A DNA stretch of 64,000 nucleotides from Ruminococcus flavefaciens (GTDB taxonomy: Bacteria; Bacillota; Clostridia; Oscillospirales; Ruminococcaceae). The notes beneath the pieces are model-generated. The model was not told where the DNA came from and did not search any database. It saw nothing but the letters and a program-made list of their open reading frames with translations. The stretch's first letter is position 1; each line of letters begins with the position of its first letter. Positions 41,191 to 49,599 of the stretch are shown here, piece by piece. The stretch is from assembly GCA_946624075.1 (NCBI GenBank), contig CAMORW010000001.1:157437-221436 (forward strand), written 5' to 3'. The position numbers and the translations under genes are program-made.

Positions 41191-43019
41191 TCCCTCCCCA
41201 CTTTTTTATTGACTCCGCATCCGGAGCATCTCTGACGGCAGTTGGGCGTTGTGCGCGATTCATGTGCCGTCTTGTTTTCGCGTATCAGGAACGATTTTGT
41301 CACGAAATAGTCCAGATGATCCCAAGGGAGTATCTCGTCATATTCAAATCGGCGGTTGGCGTAGAATGACGGATCTATGCCGCATTCCTCAAATGCCTCA
41401 AGCCACAGCGGGAATTTGAAATGCTCTTCCCAGCTGTCGAATTTACAGCCTTTTTTCCATGCAGTGTATATCGAACGGCATAGCCTTCTGTCACCTTTGG
41501 CAAGTATGACTTCGAGCATGCTGACATCCGGATCGTGATAGCTCACCTTCACCTTCCTGCTCTTTACCGAATCAAGAAGCAGTTTCTGCTTGTGCTCTAT
41601 CATCTCACGGGTATCCTGAGGTTCAAATTCAAACGGTGTGAAGGGCTTTGGAACAAATGTGGCGCAGCTTATGGATACCTGCACGCCTTTTCCTTTAGGA
41701 CGGTCCTCGATGCTGTAGAACAGGTCGATTATCCTCTGGGCAAGTTCTGCTATGCCGACTATGTCTTCGTCAGTCTCTGTGGGAAGTCCCATCATGAAGT
41801 AGAGTTTTACCGCTGCATATCCGCCCTGGAATGCGATCTTGCAGGTGTTCATTATCTCTTCTTCCGAGACATTCTTGTTTATAACATCCCTCAGACGCTG
41901 GGTTCCGCCTTCTGCCGCAAAGGTCAGTCCGCTCTTGCGCACTTTCTTGATCTTTTCAAGCAGCGATTCCGAGAAATTATCCACCCGGAGTGAAGGAAGT
42001 GACAGATTTATCTTTTCATCCGCAGTATAATTTATAAGCTCAGTCAGCATGGGATCAATCTCGGAATGGTCGCTCGTACTCAGGGAAGCAAGTGATACCT
42101 CGTCATATCCTGTATTCTCACAAAGGCACTTGGTCTCTCTGCATATCGTATCAGTATGTTTCTCTCGGAAAGGTCGGTAAATAAAGCCTGCCTGACAGAA
42201 GCGGCAGCCTCTTATACAGCCTCTCAGGACTTCCACTGACACTCGGTCATGCACTATCTCGGTGAAAGGTACCACGAAATTCTCCGGATAATACACCTTG
42301 TCAAAATCCTTTATTATACGCTTGTGTATTATCTCCGGTGCTCCGTCGGTGACTTCGAGTTTTTCGATAGTGCCGTCCGGCTTATAGCTGAATTTATAGA
42401 AACGCGGAACGTATATACCTTCGATATGTGCTGCTCTGCGCAGGAATTCAGTCTTTCCTGCTCCCTGCTGCTTCATCTCCCAGTAAAGATCCATGAGTTC
42501 AAGATTCACCTCTTCGCCTTCGCCAAGAATGAAAATGTCAAAAAAGTCAGCAAGAGGCTCAGGATTACAGACGCAAGGTCCGCCGGCTACTACTATCTGC
42601 GTCAGCTCATCACCGCGCTCGGATGCAAATACCGGTATCCCGGCAAGGTCAAGCATGTTCAGCACATTGGTGTATGACAGCTCATACTGCATAGTAAAGC
42701 CTATAAAATCAAATTCCTTTATGGGGTCAAGGCTCTCCAGTGCGTACAGGGGAATGTCGTTTTCACGCATTATGGCTTCAAAATCCTCACCCGGCGCAAA
42801 ACATCTCTCACACCAGTAGTTTTCGCGCTCATTTGTCAGAGAATAGAGTATCTTCATGCCAAGGTGAGACATGCCTATGTCATAGGTGTCGGGAAAACAG
42901 AATGCAAATCTTACATCAACTTTTGATTTGTCCTTTATTATGCTGCCGACTTCTCCGCCTATGTACCTCGAAGGCTTCTGTACTTCAAGCAGATGCTTTT
43001 CTATCTTGTCTTTTAACAT
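41178..43019 (-). CDS. TIGR03960-family B12-binding radical SAM protein
   Basis: V.KPSRYIGGE, FPD.Y.IGMSHLG, RGCIRGCRFCQAG, LPSLR.D, C-terminal C..C..CG. Confidence 0.93.
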   Translation of the reverse strand: MLKDKIEKHLLEVQKPSRYIGGEVGSIIKDKSKVDVRFAFCFPDTYDIGMSHLGMKILYSLTNERENYWCERCFAPGEDFEAIMRENDIPLYALESLDPIKEFDFIGFTMQYELSYTNVLNMLDLAGIPVFASERGDELTQIVVAGGPCVCNPEPLADFFDIFILGEGEEVNLELMDLYWEMKQQGAGKTEFLRRAAHIEGIYVPRFYKFSYKPDGTIEKLEVTDGAPEIIHKRIIKDFDKVYYPENFVVPFTEIVHDRVSVEVLRGCIRGCRFCQAGFIYRPFREKHTDTICRETKCLCENTGYDEVSLASLSTSDHSEIDPMLTELINYTADEKINLSLPSLRVDNFSESLLEKIKKVRKSGLTFAAEGGTQRLRDVINKNVSEEEIMNTCKIAFQGGYAAVKLYFMMGLPTETDEDIVGIAELAQRIIDLFYSIEDRPKGKGVQVSISCATFVPKPFTPFEFEPQDTREMIEHKQKLLLDSVKSRKVKVSYHDPDVSMLEVILAKGDRRLCRSIYTAWKKGCKFDSWEEHFKFPLWLEAFEECGIDPSFYANRRFEYDEILPWDHLDYFVTKSFLIRENKTAHESRTTPNCRQRCSGCGVNKKVGRECFC

Positions 43020-43030
43020 ATTTCCTCCCG

Positions 43031-43423
43031 TTATCTCATGCTGCTATCGCTGAATCGCATAGGCAGAAGATCGTCAAGTCTGAAAAATCCGTTGGACAGC
43101 ACGATTATAAGATCACCGCGGCAGTATTCGCTGAGTACTTGCAGACATGCGCCGCAGGGTACACATGGCTTTGAAAAATCACTGTCGGAACTGCCTGCGA
43201 TCGCTATCGCCCTGAATTCGGATACGCCTTCGGACAGGGCTTTGAATATTGCAGTCCTCTCGGCGCAGACTGTGAGTGAATAGGAGGCGTTTTCTATGTT
43301 GCAGCCGGTGAAAATCCTGCCGTCAGCTGCAAGCAGAGCTGCTCCTACGCGAAAATGCGAATACTTGCTCCGGGAATACGCTGCCGCCCTGACTGCTGCG
43401 TCAAAAAGTTCGGTATTTGTCAT
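43031..43423 (-). CDS. cdd: Cytidine deaminase
   Basis: YS.FRVGAAL, GCNIENASY, CAER, PCGAC. Confidence 0.95.
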   Translation of the reverse strand: MTNTELFDAAVRAAAYSRSKYSHFRVGAALLAADGRIFTGCNIENASYSLTVCAERTAIFKALSEGVSEFRAIAIAGSSDSDFSKPCVPCGACLQVLSEYCRGDLIIVLSNGFFRLDDLLPMRFSDSSMR

Positions 43424-43427
43424 GTCC

Positions 43428-43631
43428 TCATCTGCCCTTTCCGACCTTTCGCTTCTTTCCGTCCGGTGTCATGATATATGTATTCTCAAGCTGCTGCATC
43501 AGGTTTCCGGTAACAGCTGCCCTGTATTCATTGCGCAGCTCGGTCTGCTCTGCCCTCTCTGCCTCGGTGAGACCTTCGGCTTTTGACTTCCTTGCAAGTT
43601 CGTTTATCCTGTCTATCTTTTTCTGATCCAT
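43428..43631 (-). CDS. DUF896/YnzC-family small protein
   Basis: I.RINELARKSK..GLT..E..EQ..LR.EY; ATG 43631 after AGGAG. Confidence 0.88.
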   Translation of the reverse strand: MDQKKIDRINELARKSKAEGLTEAERAEQTELRNEYRAAVTGNLMQQLENTYIMTPDGKKRKVGKGR

Positions 43632-43668
43632 GGTACTCTCTCCTGTTGAACTGAAATGTATTACAATT

Positions 43669-43697
43669 ATTATAACATATAGTGAAGAAAATGGCAA
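43669..43697 (-). promoter_or_regulatory. Sigma-A promoter inside repeat unit 1, facing the DUF896-cdd-radical SAM operon
   Basis: TTGCCA-N17-TATAAT with extended -10 TG. Confidence 0.7.
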
Positions 43698-43957
43698 GAG
43701 ACGCGCGAAAAAACTTGCCGATCATGAAACTATACCGCGTTCAAGGGTGCAGCGTCACGCTGCTTATAACATATAGTGAAGAAAATGGCAAGAGACGCGC
43801 GAAAAAACTTGCCGATCATGAAACTATACCGCGTTCAAGGGTGCAGCGTCACGCTGCTTATAACATATAGTGAAGAAAATAGCAAGAGATGTGCGGATAA
43901 ACATGCCGCTCATGAAACTATGCCGCGATCAAGGCGGCGGCGTCACGCCGCTTATAA
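43670..43957. repeat. Tandem array of three 94-bp units bounded by four TTATAA hexamers
   Basis: TTATAA at 43670, 43764, 43858 and 43952 (period 94); units 1 and 2 identical, unit 3 diverged. Confidence 0.97.
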
Positions 43958-44009
43958 TACATGTCCGCGCTCTTTTCAAGCCTTGCTCACGACATTTCAT
44001 CCCTGCTGC

Positions 44010-44038
44010 TTGCTATTTTATTCAATTTATGCTATTAT
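44010..44038 (+). promoter_or_regulatory. Putative fabG promoter resembling the promoter end of the repeat
   Basis: TTGCTA-N17-TATTAT with extended -10 TG. Confidence 0.6.
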
Positions 44039-44067
44039 TATATCACAATATAAATAAGGAGGATGTT

Positions 44068-44775
44068 ATGATAAGTAAGGCACTTGTTACAGGCGGCGCA
44101 GGCGGCATCGGCTCTGCAATATGCCGTAGTCTCGCTGAGAACGGGTACACAGTTTACGTCAGTTATTCCAGATCAAAGGACAAGGCTGAAGCCCTTGCAG
44201 CTGAGATAGGCGGATATGCTGTCTGCTTCGATGTATCCGATGCTTCGGAAGTCAGAAAGGCTGTTTCCGATATCGGCAGTATCAGTCTGCTGGTAAATAA
44301 CGCCGGGATATCGGTCGTCGATACCTTCGACCGCGTGGATGACAGCACTGCTCAGCGTATCCTCAGCGTAAACCTCACCGGCACTATGAACTGCTCACGA
44401 GCTGTACTGCCGGGAATGATCTCTGCTAAAGCCGGCTGTATCATCAACGTCTCTTCAATGTGGGGACAGGTCGGGGCTTCCTGCGAAGTCGATTACTCAG
44501 CTTCAAAAGCCGGTATCATCGGCTTTACCAAGGCTCTCGCCAAGGAGACTGCTCCATCAGGCATACGAGTGAATTGTGTCGCACCCGGATTCATAATGAC
44601 CGATATGAATGCCCATTTCTCTCCTGAAGATCTTGCTCTCATAAAAGAGGATATCCCTCTCGGGATCTTCGGCAGACCGGAACATGTTGCGGATGCTGTC
44701 GCTTTCCTCGCATCAGATAAAGCTGAATACATCACCGGTCAGATCCTCGCTGTAAACGGCGGAATGGTAATATAA
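44068..44775 (+). CDS. fabG: 3-oxoacyl-ACP reductase-like SDR
   Basis: TGGAGGIG, NNAG, NVSS, YSASK, VAPGFI.T; ATG 44068 after AAGGAGG. Confidence 0.85.
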   Translation: MISKALVTGGAGGIGSAICRSLAENGYTVYVSYSRSKDKAEALAAEIGGYAVCFDVSDASEVRKAVSDIGSISLLVNNAGISVVDTFDRVDDSTAQRILSVNLTGTMNCSRAVLPGMISAKAGCIINVSSMWGQVGASCEVDYSASKAGIIGFTKALAKETAPSGIRVNCVAPGFIMTDMNAHFSPEDLALIKEDIPLGIFGRPEHVADAVAFLASDKAEYITGQILAVNGGMVI

Positions 44776-44785
44776 GGAGGTAAAT

Positions 44786-45385
44786 ATGTTCGATGCAAGT
44801 GAACGTCTCGGCAGGCAGATAAGCTTCATGCTGGAGCTGGACAAAATGAAAAACCTTTACAGGCAGACATATGTGCTCCATGAGGACAGAAAAGAAAATG
44901 ATGCTGAACACAGCTGGCATATCGCAATACTCGCTTTTATGCTCGCTGAGTATTCCAACGAACCAGTCGATGTACTTCGTGTAGTTAAAATGACACTTCT
45001 GCATGATGTGGTGGAGATAGACGCTGGCGATACATACTGCTATGACAAAGAAGGATACAAGTCCAAAGCCGAACGCGAGGAAAATGCTGCAAGACGCATC
45101 TTCGGTCTGCTGCCCGAAGATCAGCAGCAGGAATACTATACGCTGTGGCGTGAATTTGAGGACGGTTCTTCTCCGGAAGCTCGATTCGCTGCCGTGCTCG
45201 ACCGCATCCAGCCTCTGCTTCTGAACTATACAAAAGGCGGTATATCATGGAAAGAACACGGTATTTTCAAAGATCAGGTCATGGAAAGAAACAGGCAGTG
45301 CTCCGACGCTTCAAAAGTACTCGGCGATGTTATAATGAGCATTATTAATGATGCGGAAGAACAAGGTATGCTCAGATCACGCTGA
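44786..45385 (+). CDS. HD-domain phosphohydrolase (YfbR/HDDC2-like)
   Basis: ENDAEHSWH, LLHD.VEI.AGD, LDR.QP. Confidence 0.9.
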   Translation: MFDASERLGRQISFMLELDKMKNLYRQTYVLHEDRKENDAEHSWHIAILAFMLAEYSNEPVDVLRVVKMTLLHDVVEIDAGDTYCYDKEGYKSKAEREENAARRIFGLLPEDQQQEYYTLWREFEDGSSPEARFAAVLDRIQPLLLNYTKGGISWKEHGIFKDQVMERNRQCSDASKVLGDVIMSIINDAEEQGMLRSR

Positions 45386-45557
45386 CAGCAATTTCAACAA
45401 AAATCAACAGCTTACGACGTGCATATTTACTCAAACGCCGAATTTGGTGACAGAAAAATGAATATTCCGCTCATTGCTTGAACTTTATATTAATATATGT
45501 TATATTAATATTGATTCGTTATACGTTTTCGAACATGATATAGAAGGATGGTAATTG

Positions 45558-47504
45558 ATGACAGATAAATCTGTAGAGATGACAGAGCAGACAGAGAATA
45601 ACAAGCCTGCCGCTATGGAGACCGTCGAGGAAGCTATCGAAAAGGCTGAGAAAGCCCGGGAAGAAGCTTCCATAGCTGGCAGTAAAGATAAAAAGCCCGG
45701 CATATTCAAACGCTGGCAGCTCCGCAGGAAGGAAAACATAGATCGTTTCAGAAAGCTGAACACGATAATGCTCGTCGCGTTCCCGCTGATAATTTGCAGC
45801 GTGGCTGAGATAATCCCTGCCAAGGGCATAGTACCATATCTGAAATTCTGGGGAGAACACCCCACGGTTATGATCTTCGACATCTTCTTAGCTTCTTTTA
45901 TCCTGATCCTGCTTCTTTCAATTTTCAAGAGCGGCTGGATCGCTATGCTGATACAAGGTGCAACATACATCGGACTGAGTACCGCTGAGCTCTTCAAATA
46001 CAATACCAACGGCAATCATCTGATCCTTTCGGATATGAGACTTATGCGCAACCTGAGGAGTCTTACGTCGTTTGCTTATATCAAAATAACGCCAAGGCTC
46101 GTTATTATGTACCTGCTGGTCATCGGGTTCGTTTTCCTTATCTCATATCTTAACCCGAGGCTCGAAATGAAAGCCATGAAGCGAGTCATCGCAGGCTTGC
46201 TTTGCGTCCTCCCCTTCGTCGCTATCATTATGGTGCCGGGATTCTATAATCCGGTATACAAGCTCTTCAAGATCGACACTACAGCAGCTACCAACGATAT
46301 GCTGCTCAAAGAAAAATACAAGAACAACGGCTTCCTCGCCTTTCTTGTGCAGACTGCTACGGAAAGCTACGAAAATCGTCTCGTTGAACCGGAAAAGTAT
46401 TCGAAGGATGAAGTGGATGAGATATTCCAGAACGTCAAGGCGGATACAAGCGGCGATTTCAACGGCGGCAATAAGCCCAATGTTATCTACATAATGAGTG
46501 AATCCTACGCGGATTTCCGTGTCTTCGACCAGCTTGACATTGACGACAAGTACTACGCCAATTTTGATAAGGCTTGCGCAGAAGGTCACTCCGGTACGCT
46601 TGTGACTCCGACTTATGCAAGCTGGACTGTGCGTTCAGAATTTGAGCTCATGTTCGGTCTGCCCGTAAAGGCACTGAACGACCCCAATATGCCGCAGCGT
46701 GAACTCGAAGACCGCGCTCAGCCTTCTTTCGCTCAGTATTACGACTCGTGGGGATATGAGACCGCTTATGTCCACCCGTTTACCAAAACATTCTACAGCC
46801 GCGATCTCGTCTACGGCAATTTCGGATTCAAGAAGCTCATGTTCCACGACAAGGATACCGGCGAGAGCGATTTCACAGTTCCGGTAAACTACTACAAGGA
46901 CTATGACGGTAATGACATCTATGTTGATGATGCTACTATCTTCAATCAGCTCCTTGATCTTGTAAAGACGACTGATGATCCTATCTACATCCACACTACC
47001 ACCATGCAGAACCACCAGCCGTATAATGACAGCGAAAAGCCAGAATTTGAAAACTACCTCACAAGGATACAGGAGACCAATACCGCTCTTATCGAATTCC
47101 TTCACGAACTCGATAAGCTCGATGAACCTACTCTCGTGTTCTTCGTCGGAGACCACTTCCCGTCTCTCAGAGGTGAGGACAGTGTTTACAATACCCTCGG
47201 ACTCAACGGCAGCAATTGCAGCATCCTTTATGAACAGAAATACTTCTTCTGGAGCAACTATGATGCCGATTTCTCAAAAGTCCCTGATGAGGAGATATCT
47301 TTCTTCTATGTGCCGTATGTGATCGCTGATATCATCAATGCGCCGCATGACCAGTTCATTGAGAAGATGCTCCAGATAATGAAGGAAACTCCTGTGTATT
47401 CCACATCTTTTGAGGATACTATCCCGCACAACGAAGTACTTGACATACTCACCTATGACAGAGTTGTAGGTAATCTGTATTCACCTTCCCCCATTACTGA
47501 CTGA
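45558..47504 (+). CDS. LTA synthase-family protein (sulfatase fold)
   Basis: Five N-terminal TMs, PNVIYIMSES, T..SEFE (Thr nucleophile), HP, MQNH.PY, GDH.P. Confidence 0.9.
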   Translation: MTDKSVEMTEQTENNKPAAMETVEEAIEKAEKAREEASIAGSKDKKPGIFKRWQLRRKENIDRFRKLNTIMLVAFPLIICSVAEIIPAKGIVPYLKFWGEHPTVMIFDIFLASFILILLLSIFKSGWIAMLIQGATYIGLSTAELFKYNTNGNHLILSDMRLMRNLRSLTSFAYIKITPRLVIMYLLVIGFVFLISYLNPRLEMKAMKRVIAGLLCVLPFVAIIMVPGFYNPVYKLFKIDTTAATNDMLLKEKYKNNGFLAFLVQTATESYENRLVEPEKYSKDEVDEIFQNVKADTSGDFNGGNKPNVIYIMSESYADFRVFDQLDIDDKYYANFDKACAEGHSGTLVTPTYASWTVRSEFELMFGLPVKALNDPNMPQRELEDRAQPSFAQYYDSWGYETAYVHPFTKTFYSRDLVYGNFGFKKLMFHDKDTGESDFTVPVNYYKDYDGNDIYVDDATIFNQLLDLVKTTDDPIYIHTTTMQNHQPYNDSEKPEFENYLTRIQETNTALIEFLHELDKLDEPTLVFFVGDHFPSLRGEDSVYNTLGLNGSNCSILYEQKYFFWSNYDADFSKVPDEEISFFYVPYVIADIINAPHDQFIEKMLQIMKETPVYSTSFEDTIPHNEVLDILTYDRVVGNLYSPSPITD

Positions 47505-47517
47505 CAAGGAGATCAGA

Positions 47518-47910
47518 ATGAAAAATATCGAAACCGGAGCTGTCGGTTCAGCTCAGCTCACTGTATCAGATAACGAACTTGCATCAAATGTCGGAAGCGG
47601 AAGCCTTGATGTTTTCGCTACGCCGGTCATGATAATGCTCATGGAAAAGGCTGCATGCAGCTGCCTTGCAGATCACCTTGAAGGCGATGAGACAACTGTA
47701 GGCACCGAGATGAATGTAAAGCACACTTCCGCTACTCCGCCTTACATGAAAGTCACGGCAGAGGCTGTACTCACAGCTGTAAACGGAAGAGAATTCACTT
47801 TCAGAGTCACTGCTTCTGATGAAAAAGGTCCGATCGGTGAAGGTGAGCACAAACGATTCCTCGTTTACGGTGAGAAGTTCACTGCTAAAACAAAAGCAAA
47901 ACTTGACTGA
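47518..47910 (+). CDS. FlK-like hotdog thioesterase
   Basis: GSG.L.VFATP.MI.LME.AA, TVG..MNVKH..ATP, GEH.R. Confidence 0.9.
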   Translation: MKNIETGAVGSAQLTVSDNELASNVGSGSLDVFATPVMIMLMEKAACSCLADHLEGDETTVGTEMNVKHTSATPPYMKVTAEAVLTAVNGREFTFRVTASDEKGPIGEGEHKRFLVYGEKFTAKTKAKLD

Positions 47911-47916
47911 TATCAT

Positions 47917-47954
47917 GGAGAAGTCCGGAAGGTTCCGGGCTTCTCCTCTTTTTT
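47917..47954 (+). terminator. Intrinsic terminator after the thioesterase
   Basis: GGAGAAGTCCGGAA/TTCCGGGCTTCTCC followed by a T tract. Confidence 0.8.
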
Positions 47955-48052
47955 GCGTTTTTTCTATATGTTATCATAAAATTATCACAATTAGGCTTAT
48001 AATATTAATTAGTTTATGCGGAACGAGTTCCGCTGTTGAAAGGATGGTTGCG

Positions 48053-49525
48053 ATGTCAGATAATCTTTACGATAATAACAATTACAACAGTGACGTTTCA
48101 GACGACGTCCCTACAAGTACTTCCGGTCCGGAGCATGTCTCAGATAATTCTCAGTCATTCGACGCTCCAAAATACAATAACCCCTTCGGTAACTACAATA
48201 ACAATACCGGTAATTCTTACGCCTATACTGCCGAAAACTCTACTGCTGCTCCTAAGCACAAAAAGAACGGATTCCTGAAGGCTGCCGCTTTTATCCTCTG
48301 TATCGCTATCGCCGGTGCTGCCGGTGCTTTCGGATATAAGATATATAAGGATCATCAGGACGATAATGAACTTTCGGAATTCACTTCCGCTTCCCAGATG
48401 GACAATAAGGCTGTCGATGACGAGGAGGAGGAAGAATCTGTCAGCGGCAGTTCGGATAACTACTCTCTGACTTTGTTCGACCTCGCTGCAAGAGATGATG
48501 CTAAGCCGATCCCCGATATCGTTGAAGATATCATGCCTTCTGTTGTAGGTGTATCTGCTACTTTCGAATTCACTCAGCAGTACTCTTTCTTCGGCTGGAG
48601 CAGTGATCCTACTACTGAGGAAATGATCGGTACAGGTACTGGTATCATCATGTCGGAAGACGGATATATCGTTACTAACGCTCACTGCATCTATGATGAC
48701 AGCAGCACTTACCATGCCGGCGAGGCTATCGAAGTTTCTGTACTGTTCAGCGACGAAAGCGAACATGAAGCCAAGATCATCGCTTATGATGTTGAAACTG
48801 ATATTGCTATTCTCAAAGTCGATGAGACCGGTCTTAAACCCGCAACTTTCGGTGACAGCGATGAACTCAGAAAGGGTGAACTCGTTATCGCGGTCGGTAA
48901 TCCCCTCGGCTTCGACCTCTTCGGTACTGTTACAAGTGGCATCGTTTCAGATTGCGACCGTATGATAAATATCAACGATAAGAAAATGAACCTCATACAG
49001 ACTGATGCGGCTATCAACTCCGGTAACTCCGGCGGTCCGCTCCTCAACAGCTGCGGTCAGGTAATAGGTATCAACTCAGCTAAGATGTCATCCAGCTACG
49101 GTTCTGCAAGCATCGAAGGTCTCGGTTTCGCTATCCCGATAACAGAAGCTAAACACATCGTTGATGAACTCCTCAACAACGGTTACGTCAGCGGCAGACC
49201 TCAGCTTGGTATCACTACAACTGAGATCACTGAGACTTATTCCAATTACTTCAACATCCCCATGGGCGTTTATATCCGTGAGGTAGTTGCAGGCGGTGCT
49301 GCTGATCTTGCAGGTATCCAGATCGGTGACGTTATCATCGCTGTTGAAGATGAACCCATCAAGACTACAGAAGAACTCAACGAAATAAAGAACAGATACA
49401 AGGCTGGCGATACTATCACACTCACTATTTCAAGAGCCGGTCAGGATATCGATGTCCGTGTTACTCTCCAGGATGCCAATGCTGACAAGGCTTCCAAGTC
49501 ATCCGGTGAACACGAACGCAGATAA
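48053..49525 (+). CDS. htrA: HtrA-family serine protease with PDZ domain
   Basis: TM anchor, TNAH, DIA, GNSGGPL triad motifs, C-terminal PDZ. Confidence 0.93.
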   Translation: MSDNLYDNNNYNSDVSDDVPTSTSGPEHVSDNSQSFDAPKYNNPFGNYNNNTGNSYAYTAENSTAAPKHKKNGFLKAAAFILCIAIAGAAGAFGYKIYKDHQDDNELSEFTSASQMDNKAVDDEEEEESVSGSSDNYSLTLFDLAARDDAKPIPDIVEDIMPSVVGVSATFEFTQQYSFFGWSSDPTTEEMIGTGTGIIMSEDGYIVTNAHCIYDDSSTYHAGEAIEVSVLFSDESEHEAKIIAYDVETDIAILKVDETGLKPATFGDSDELRKGELVIAVGNPLGFDLFGTVTSGIVSDCDRMININDKKMNLIQTDAAINSGNSGGPLLNSCGQVIGINSAKMSSSYGSASIEGLGFAIPITEAKHIVDELLNNGYVSGRPQLGITTTEITETYSNYFNIPMGVYIREVVAGGAADLAGIQIGDVIIAVEDEPIKTTEELNEIKNRYKAGDTITLTISRAGQDIDVRVTLQDANADKASKSSGEHERR

Positions 49526-49560
49526 CGAAATTTACCATTTCATACACATCTCCTTACACG

Positions 49561-49591
49561 ATAAGCCCCGGCATTCAATGCCGGGGCTTAT
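49561..49591. terminator. Bidirectional terminator between htrA and addA
   Basis: Perfect 14-bp stem ATAAGCCCCGGCAT/ATGCCGGGGCTTAT. Confidence 0.8.
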
Positions 49592-49599
49592 TGCATCTG

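Noticed and set aside
43670-43957. The 94-bp array as a CRISPR array or as coding ORFs (43682, 43776, 43870)
   Set aside because: There are no unique spacers (units 1 and 2 are identical end to end) and no cas genes. The ORFs are frame-shifting by-products of a period that is not a multiple of 3; the 43870 ORF only runs into fabG, whose RBS-supported start is 44068.
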